59,440 nucleotides of DNA, from assembly GCA_027331445.1 (NCBI GenBank), contig DAHWUD010000001.1, positions 109,157-168,596 of the forward strand. Reading direction: 5' to 3'. This DNA comes from Candidatus Amesbacteria bacterium (GTDB lineage Bacteria > Patescibacteriota > Microgenomatia > CAZETR01 > Amesbacteraceae). Every line of letters starts with the position of its first letter. Within the stretch, counting starts at the first letter, position 1. Positions 53,056 to 59,440 of this stretch are shown here, piece by piece. The notes under the pieces were generated by a model. It was given only the letters and a program-made list of their open reading frames with translations, was not told the DNA's origin and searched no databases. The position numbers and the translations under genes are program-made.

Positions 53056-54274
53056 AGAGCTTTTGGCTCTTCCCAACTTCAGAAAGCTCTGGACTTCCCA
53101 GCTGCTCTCCCAACTCACCATCAATTTGGTTAATTTTTCCATTCTTATCCATATTTATGCTTATACCCGTTCTTCCATCGCCGTTTCTCTCCTTTGGGTA
53201 GCCTACTCCCTGCCATCGCTGTTCTTAGCGCCTTTTTCCGGAGTGATCGTTGACCGCTTCAGCCTGAAGCGTATGATGCTCGTCACCAATATTCTGCAGG
53301 GGTTGACCGTCCTCACTTTTTTGGCCTTCACCCGCCATATCTTCCTTCTCTATTCCCTGGTTTTTATCTATTCTTTTCTGGATCAATTTTATGTCCCGGC
53401 TCAACAGTCCAGTGTCCCCTGGCTGGTTCCTCCTCAGCTGCTGACCGCAGCTAACGGGATTTTCTTTCTTACCCAGCAGGCCTCATTTCTCCTGGGGTTT
53501 GGTTTGGCCGGATTACTTATCCAATTTATCGGCCAGACGCCCACCATTATCCTGGCCGCCTCGTTTTTGTTTATCGCCGCCGCCGCCGTATTTCTGTTGC
53601 CCGCGGACACAGAAAGAATTCGTGTAGAAAAATATGCCCTGACCCGGTTTTTGGAGGACTTTAAGTCGGGCTATGAGTTTGTTAAAAACCACCATCAAAT
53701 CCGCTTCCCGGTTTATCTGTCCGTTGCCGCTCAGATTATGCTGACGGTGATCACCATTACCATGCCGTCATATACGCGGGAAGTTCTGGGGGTAAATTTA
53801 AGCCGGGCCAGTTTGCTTTTGATTATTCCCGCCGGCCTGGCAGCCGTTATTTTTACCTACCTGTTGCCCCGCCTCCTGAAAAATCGCCGTAAAATTCACA
53901 TCGTCAAATTCGGGACTCTCTCCGCAGCGATTTCCCTCATGCTCCTGGCCTGGCTCGGGTTTACCGGTGGCTACCGTTTTGTCCTGTCTATCCTCACCGC
54001 CATTGGTTTGGGTATCTCTTTTGCCGCCGTGATTACCCCGGCTCAGACTGCCATTCAGGAACACACCCCGCCCGAATACCGCGGCCGGATTTATAGCTTT
54101 CTCGGTTTGCTTATGACTATCTTTACCCTGATCCCGCTTCTGGCCGCTGCGACTCTGGCCGATCTGATCGGAATTGCACCTATTATGGGCGCCTTTTCTT
54201 TGCTAATATTTATCGGTTATCTGATGATTCACTACAAAGGAGACTATGTCCTGGCAAATGGTTTTGGGTTTTGA
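53033..54274 (+). CDS. MFS transporter, 12-TM, exporter-like (start re-set to ATG 53033)
   Basis: NFRKLWTSQLLSQL, G.IVDRFSLKRMM motif A, Q.HTP.EYRGRI. Confidence 0.88.
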   Translation: MNTSPSFKELLALPNFRKLWTSQLLSQLTINLVNFSILIHIYAYTRSSIAVSLLWVAYSLPSLFLAPFSGVIVDRFSLKRMMLVTNILQGLTVLTFLAFTRHIFLLYSLVFIYSFLDQFYVPAQQSSVPWLVPPQLLTAANGIFFLTQQASFLLGFGLAGLLIQFIGQTPTIILAASFLFIAAAAVFLLPADTERIRVEKYALTRFLEDFKSGYEFVKNHHQIRFPVYLSVAAQIMLTVITITMPSYTREVLGVNLSRASLLLIIPAGLAAVIFTYLLPRLLKNRRKIHIVKFGTLSAAISLMLLAWLGFTGGYRFVLSILTAIGLGISFAAVITPAQTAIQEHTPPEYRGRIYSFLGLLMTIFTLIPLLAAATLADLIGIAPIMGAFSLLIFIGYLMIHYKGDYVLANGFGF

Positions 54275-55544
54275 AGTTCACGTTGAACTCGCCACCGCCT
54301 CCAAAATGTTCTGCGGCTGCCCGGCCGACCACTTCGGTAAACCTCCCAATTCTCAAACCTGTCCGGTCTGCCTGGGCCTTCCCGGAGCTCTTCCGGTTCC
54401 CAACGCCAAGGCGATCGAATGGTGTATTAAACTGGGTCTGGCTTTGGATTGCCGGGTCAACCTCTTCTCCAAATTTGACCGCAAGAATTATTTTTACCCG
54501 GATTTGCCGAAAGGTTATCAAATCAGCCAATACGACCTGCCGTTTTGCCATCACGGGCAGGTAGTTTTGAGTAACGGCAAAACTATTCGCATCACCCGGG
54601 TGCACATGGAAGAAGACACCGGCAAGCTGCAGCATGCCACCGTGGACGGCAAAAAGGTTTCCCTCATTGATTTCAACAGAAGCGGCGTGCCTTTGGTGGA
54701 AATTGTCACCGAACCGGACTTTGACAATACCGCCGATGCCATAGAATATTTAAAAGAAATCCACTCCCTGGTGCGTTTTCTCGGTATTTCTTCAGCCGAT
54801 ATGGAAAAGGGGACTATGCGCTTGGAAGCCAATATTTCCGTGCGCCCATCCGGCCAAACCGCTTTGCCCGACTACAAAGTTGAAGTCAAAAATGTCAATT
54901 CTTTCAGGTTTATCAAAAAAGCCATCGAATTTGAAGTTGCCCGCCAAATTAAATTACTTGAATCCGGGACCCGGCCCCTTCAGGAAACCCGGGGTTTTTC
55001 CGAGAGTCGGGGAGAGACCGTTTCCCAGCGCACTAAAGAAGAAGCCAAAGATTACCGTTATTTCCCCGAACCGGATATTCCTCCGTTTCGGTTTACCCAA
55101 ACTCAGGTTGGCGATTGGCAAAAACAGCTTCCGCTCCTGCCGGCCGGCATCCGCGCGGAACTGATTTCCCGTGGCATATTACCAGCCAAAGCTGCCCAGG
55201 TAGCTTCCGATCCTGGCCGCTATCACATGTTCACAAAACTTACTCAATCTGGCTTCGATACCGTCAAGGCCGTAGATATAATTAACAACATACCGCCGGA
55301 TATTTCTAATGATTTGGATAAAATCATTATCTGGGCAAAATCCAAGTCCGCAACCGGAACTACCAATCCCGCTCAACTGCGCGTGCTGGCTCAGAAAGTT
55401 ATCGCCGCAAATCCCAAAGTCATCACCGATATTAAGTCCGGTAAAACCCAGGCCCTCTTCTTTCTGATCGGCCAAATGCGCCGGGAATTTCCCGACCTCG
55501 ACGTCCCCTCAGCCCAATCCCTTCTCAAGGACCTTGTCGGGTAG
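54246..55544 (+). CDS. gatB: Glu/Asp-tRNA amidotransferase subunit B
   Basis: GFEVHVEL, CPVCLGLPGALP, RKNYFYPDLPKGYQISQ, HMEEDTGK, DFNRSGVPLVEIVTEPD, YRYFPEPD. Confidence 0.97.
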   Translation: MSWQMVLGFEVHVELATASKMFCGCPADHFGKPPNSQTCPVCLGLPGALPVPNAKAIEWCIKLGLALDCRVNLFSKFDRKNYFYPDLPKGYQISQYDLPFCHHGQVVLSNGKTIRITRVHMEEDTGKLQHATVDGKKVSLIDFNRSGVPLVEIVTEPDFDNTADAIEYLKEIHSLVRFLGISSADMEKGTMRLEANISVRPSGQTALPDYKVEVKNVNSFRFIKKAIEFEVARQIKLLESGTRPLQETRGFSESRGETVSQRTKEEAKDYRYFPEPDIPPFRFTQTQVGDWQKQLPLLPAGIRAELISRGILPAKAAQVASDPGRYHMFTKLTQSGFDTVKAVDIINNIPPDISNDLDKIIIWAKSKSATGTTNPAQLRVLAQKVIAANPKVITDIKSGKTQALFFLIGQMRREFPDLDVPSAQSLLKDLVG

Positions 55545-55573
55545 TTGCATTCTCATCTCCAAACCTTTAAAGT
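55545..55573 (+). promoter_or_regulatory. Sigma70-type promoter candidate for dnaE
   Basis: TTGCAT (55545-55550), 17 nt, TAAAGT (55568-55573). Confidence 0.55.
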
Positions 55574-55620
55574 AACTTCACCTGGAAACTGCGGTTAACC
55601 CGCTGCCAACGACGGCGCAT

Positions 55621-58600
55621 ATGACCGACTTCGTTCACCTTCACGCTCACACCGAATATTCGCTTCTGGACGGGCTCCCGAAGATCAAAAAAGCTATCAC
55701 CCAGGTGAGAGAACTTGGCATGACTTCTTTGGCCATCACCGATCATGGGGTCATGTACGGCGTCATTGAGTTTTACAAAACCTGTTTGGCCGAAGGGATC
55801 AAACCTATTCTGGGTATGGAAGGTTATGTCGTCAACGGTGATCACCGTCATAAAGCCGGCCGCCAGGACAAGGAAAACAACCATTTAGTCCTGCTGGCTA
55901 AAAACTATCAGGGCTACAAAAACCTGATGCAGATCAGTACTATCGCCCACACCGAAGGCTTTTATTACCGCCCCCGCATCAGTAAGTCAGAATTGGCCAA
56001 ATACTCGAAGGGTCTGATCTGTCTGTCCGCCTGCCCCAAAGGCGAAATCGCCGAGTTGCTCATCGACGGCCATTACGATCAGGCCAAAAATGCCCTCGCC
56101 TGGTACCAGTCTACTTTCGGCGCCGGGAATTATTATCTGGAAGTCCAGCGCCATTTTTACAAAGATTATTATGATACGGCCAGGGACAACCCCAAACTCT
56201 CCGACAGCCTGCATAAAATGCAGCAGAATGAAGATATTTGGGTCAAAGAAATCACTAAACTAAGCCGGGAAACCGGAGTCCCGTTGGTCGCTACCAACGA
56301 TGTTCATTATATCAACCAGACCGATGCCCAGGCCCAGGACGCCCTGGTGTGTATCGCCACGGGCAAAAATGTCTCCGAAACCGACAGGCTGCGCTATGTG
56401 GATACGCCAACCTTTTTTCTGCGTTCAGGCGACGATATGGCCCGCATTTTTGCCGACCTTCCCGATGCCGTCGCCAATACCGCCAGCATCGCCGCCGCCT
56501 GCGACATCAAAATAGAATTGGGTAAATGGCATTTTCCCCAAATCGAGATCCCTTCCGCTAAAACCGCTCCCGACTACCTGCAAGAACTGGCCCATGCCCG
56601 ATTGTCCGATCACTATTCTCATCCTGACGCCGCTCTCATCGGCCGCCTGGAGTTTGAACTTAAAGTGATTATTACCAAGGGTTACGCGCCGTACTTTCTC
56701 ATGATGCAGGATATGGTCAACTGGTGCACCCAAAGCGGAATTATTACCAACACCCGGGGATCGGCCGCCGGCTCCATCGTCTCCTTTGTCCTGGGTATCA
56801 CCACCGTCGACCCCATCCGCTATCAGCTGCCATTTGAACGGTTTTTGAACCCCATGCGCCCCAAACCTCCGGATATCGATTTGGATATTGCCGACGACCG
56901 CCGGGAAGAGCTCATTGCCCATATCACTTCCCAATACGGGGCCGACAAAGTCGCCCAGATCTGCACTTTCGGCCGTATGCTGGCCCGGGCGGCCATCCGC
57001 GACGTCGGCCGGGTATTGGGTTTTCCCTATGCCTTTCCCGACAAAATTGCCAAACTTGTTCCCCTGGGTTCCCAGGGCTTTCCCATGACTTTGGAACACG
57101 CCCTGGCCGTCTCCCCCGAACTCAAAGTTTTATACGATTCCGACCCCAATGCTAAACGGGTGATTGATTTGGCCCGGGAGATTGAAGGCAATGCCCGCCA
57201 TGCCTCGGTCCACGCCGCGGGCACCGTGGTTTCCCCGACCGCCATGACCGACTTTACCCCTCTGCAGCTGGAACCCAACGGTACCAAAATTATCACCCAA
57301 TATGAAATGCACGCCTGCGAAGACGTAGGCTTGGTTAAATTCGATATTCTGGGCATCCGCAACCTCTCTATCTTAGGGGCCGCCCGCGACATCATCGAAG
57401 CCACCCGCCGGATCAAGCTCGATCTCAATCATTTACCACTGGATGATAAAAAAACCTACACCATGCTCTCCAAGGGCGAAACCATGGGCGTGTTTCAGCT
57501 GGGCGGTTCCGGCATGACCAAATGGCTTAGAGAACTCAAGCCCAACCGTATAGAAGATATCATGGTCATGATTGCCCTGTTCCGCCCCGGGCCCATGGCC
57601 AATATTCCTGAATATATTGCCCGCAAAAACGGCCGCAGCCCGGTGACCTACCTGCACCCCAAAATGGCCAATTTCCTGGACAAGTCCTACGGCATTCTGG
57701 TTTATCAGGAAGACATTCTCTTCACCGCTTTGGAGCTAGCCGGCTACGACTGGGGCAGTGTTGACGCCCTCCGTCAGGCCATCGGCAAGAAAAAACCCAA
57801 GGAAATGGCCCAGCAGCACGACATCTTTGTCGTCGGCTGCCGGACCCATTCCCGCATGAGCGAGGCCGACGCGGAAAAGATCTGGGAATTGTTCGTTCCT
57901 TTTCAGGGTTACGGCTTTAACAAGGCCCACGCCGCCAGCTACGGCATCGTGTCCTACCAGACCGCCTACCTCAAAGCTCATTATCCGGTGGAATATATGA
58001 CCGCCCTCCTGACGGCCGAATCCGGTAATACGGAAAAAGTCGTGGAGGCCGTCGATGAATGCCGGCGCATGAAAATCCGGGTCCTGTCTCCGCACATCAA
58101 CGCCTCTCAAACCCGCTTTACCATCGAGACCGATACCGCCTCGCTGGACAACCGGGCTATCCGTTTCGGTTTTTCCGCCATCAAAAATGTGGGTGAAGCC
58201 GCCACTACTTCCATCCTGGCCGCGCGGGCTGATAAACCCTTTGTGTCTCTGACCGATTTTATCCTGCGGGTCGATAACCAGAAAGTCAACCGCAAGGTCC
58301 TGGAAAGCCTGATTAAAGCCGGGGCCATGGATACCTTCGGCACCCGCGCCGCCATGTTGGCCGCTTTGGATAAAATCCGGGAAATGGGTACCAGCCTGAG
58401 CAAGCTCAAAAGCCTGGGCCAGGTCAGCCTGTTTGTGGGCGAAGAACCGACCGACCCCACTGACGATTTTCCCGACCTTCCGGAATTTGCCAAGCCCGAA
58501 AAGCTAACTATGGAAAAAGGATTACTGGGCTTTTATCTTACCGAGCATCCCCACCAGGAACAATTAGAACAGCTCCGTCAAAAAACCGATCACACCTTGT

Positions 58601-59220
58601 CCCAATTGTGGGAAGAGGACCTGCACGGCCGGCAGGTGACGATCGGCGGGATTATTGAAACCTGCCGCAATGTCGTCACCAAGACCAACAATCAGCCCAT
58701 GTGTTTTGCCAAGCTTACCGACACAGTCAAAAACGTGGAAGTCGTAGTCTTCCCGCGGGTCTATGCCGCCACCCAGGCTCTTTGGCAGCCAGACAACCTG
58801 GTGCTTTTGTCCGGCAAAGTAGAGTCCAAAACCAGCGGCGACTTTAATGAAGACACCGGCGAAGTCGCCCGTGAAGTCACCGTCATCGTCGATTCCGCCA
58901 CCGCCTTCACCGGACCGGACACCGTTTTACCTTCACCAGTTAGGGGAAATACCGGTGGAAATGGTAATGGCAGCGGAAACGATCATTATTCCTCTCCGCC
59001 GGCACCGGCTGTCTCCGTCCCCGTCTCCCTGTATATCCCCAAAAGTTTGCCCCAGGCCAAATTGGTGACCCTCAACAACTTCCTTCAGGCCCACAAGGGT
59101 CCTACCCCCATCGAACTGGTCTTTACCAATGGCACCGGCAGCAAAGTCATCCCTCTGCCCTACGGCTTGGCTTGGTCCGCCTCCCTCAAATCCGAAATCG
59201 ACAATCTCCTGAACGCTTAA
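55621..59220 (+). CDS. dnaE: DNA polymerase III subunit alpha
   Basis: HLHAHTEYSLLDG PHP domain, RGSAAGS, PDIDLD, KFDILG, GYGFNKAHA, OB fold, C-terminal domain. Confidence 0.98.
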   Translation: MTDFVHLHAHTEYSLLDGLPKIKKAITQVRELGMTSLAITDHGVMYGVIEFYKTCLAEGIKPILGMEGYVVNGDHRHKAGRQDKENNHLVLLAKNYQGYKNLMQISTIAHTEGFYYRPRISKSELAKYSKGLICLSACPKGEIAELLIDGHYDQAKNALAWYQSTFGAGNYYLEVQRHFYKDYYDTARDNPKLSDSLHKMQQNEDIWVKEITKLSRETGVPLVATNDVHYINQTDAQAQDALVCIATGKNVSETDRLRYVDTPTFFLRSGDDMARIFADLPDAVANTASIAAACDIKIELGKWHFPQIEIPSAKTAPDYLQELAHARLSDHYSHPDAALIGRLEFELKVIITKGYAPYFLMMQDMVNWCTQSGIITNTRGSAAGSIVSFVLGITTVDPIRYQLPFERFLNPMRPKPPDIDLDIADDRREELIAHITSQYGADKVAQICTFGRMLARAAIRDVGRVLGFPYAFPDKIAKLVPLGSQGFPMTLEHALAVSPELKVLYDSDPNAKRVIDLAREIEGNARHASVHAAGTVVSPTAMTDFTPLQLEPNGTKIITQYEMHACEDVGLVKFDILGIRNLSILGAARDIIEATRRIKLDLNHLPLDDKKTYTMLSKGETMGVFQLGGSGMTKWLRELKPNRIEDIMVMIALFRPGPMANIPEYIARKNGRSPVTYLHPKMANFLDKSYGILVYQEDILFTALELAGYDWGSVDALRQAIGKKKPKEMAQQHDIFVVGCRTHSRMSEADAEKIWELFVPFQGYGFNKAHAASYGIVSYQTAYLKAHYPVEYMTALLTAESGNTEKVVEAVDECRRMKIRVLSPHINASQTRFTIETDTASLDNRAIRFGFSAIKNVGEAATTSILAARADKPFVSLTDFILRVDNQKVNRKVLESLIKAGAMDTFGTRAAMLAALDKIREMGTSLSKLKSLGQVSLFVGEEPTDPTDDFPDLPEFAKPEKLTMEKGLLGFYLTEHPHQEQLEQLRQKTDHTLSQLWEEDLHGRQVTIGGIIETCRNVVTKTNNQPMCFAKLTDTVKNVEVVVFPRVYAATQALWQPDNLVLLSGKVESKTSGDFNEDTGEVAREVTVIVDSATAFTGPDTVLPSPVRGNTGGNGNGSGNDHYSSPPAPAVSVPVSLYIPKSLPQAKLVTLNNFLQAHKGPTPIELVFTNGTGSKVIPLPYGLAWSASLKSEIDNLLNA

Positions 59221-59235
59221 TAAAATTTAAAGCCG

Positions 59236-59440
59236 TGTCTAGGACGCTATACATTTCGGAATGAGTAATCATTTCGATGCCATCAGATTTCCACAAAATC
59301 AGGTATATTCTTCCGAAGTATAACTGGGAGCAGTATCATGCCCTGATGCGGTCATGGGCTAACTTAAATGGGTTTGAAAACAATGATATTGCCCAATTCA
59401 GGTTTACTGTTTTGAAACACTGTTATGAGTTTGGTTGGCA
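59236..59440 (+). mobile_element. Probable left end of an IS481-like/integrase-core element; transposase N-terminus from ATG 59277 runs off the window
   Basis: Composition turns AT-rich right after the dnaE stop. A TGT-initiated segment is followed by an open 54-codon frame (..DIAQFRFTVLKHCYEFGW) resembling the HTH start of such transposases. No catalytic domain is visible. Confidence 0.4.

Noticed and set aside
55254-55324. Extra dnaE promoter in the AT-rich gatB tail (TATAAT at 55277, TAAAAT at 55319)
   Set aside because: No matching -35 or TGn extension, and a better-formed promoter lies at 55545-55573.
55621-59220. Intein or split in DnaE
   Set aside because: Normal length and contiguous motifs. 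The GGNGNGSGN/Pro-rich stretch near the C-terminus is just a linker.
1-59440. Alternative genetic code (TGA=Gly, as in Gracilibacteria/Absconditabacteria)
   Set aside because: Conserved genes are full-length under table 11 and several (recO, rsmH, mraY, ftsA, ftsZ, clpB) end cleanly at TGA.
1-59440. CRISPR array, cas genes, rRNA, tmRNA, RNase P RNA
   Set aside because: No regularly spaced 25-40 bp repeats or recognisable motifs were seen, and intergenic gaps are too short.

Overview
59.4 kb of GC-rich (roughly 55% by eye) chromosomal backbone, translation table 11. It is most likely from a Patescibacteria/CPR (Microgenomates-like) bacterium. This is inferred from gene content: alpha2-type GlyRS, DUF4012, type-2 IleRS, gatCAB, many orphan membrane-anchored proteins and no central-metabolism genes. 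Contents in order: end of a polysaccharide locus (GT4, manC, priming sugar transferase, DUF4012); recO-glyQS; a reduced dcw cluster (mraZ-rsmH-ftsL-ftsI-dgkA-mraY-ftsW-murG-ftsQ-ftsA-ftsZ, no Mur ligases); ileS-rodA; rplU-rpmA-parB; lepB; an ABC exporter; a secreted Kelch/lipase fusion; a 9-gene surface-glycan locus; an accessory region with 3 of the window's 4 tRNAs, a non-canonical radical SAM enzyme, MazG, NUDIX and PolX; lemA-htpX-clpB; gatC-gatA-MFS-gatB; dnaE; and the probable start of an IS transposase at the right edge. No CRISPR array, rRNA, intron or intein was seen. Most notable observations: (1) a near-consensus HrcA operator (CIRCE) interlocked with a TTGACA-17-TATTCT promoter inside the clpB coding sequence, just upstream of an in-frame Met that would give an N-domain-less ClpB; (2) a pervasive -10 box 6-7 nt before start codons (leaderless-mRNA signature), often embedded in the upstream gene; (3) a radical SAM protein with a CX17CX2C motif; (4) an MraY with the Mg-binding Asp replaced by Asn and HHH replaced by HYY; (5) an IleRS2 with the GVHH signature linked to mupirocin hyper-resistance; (6) a secreted Kelch-propeller/lipase fusion with mosaic base composition. 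All calls come from reading the sequence; no database searches were run.
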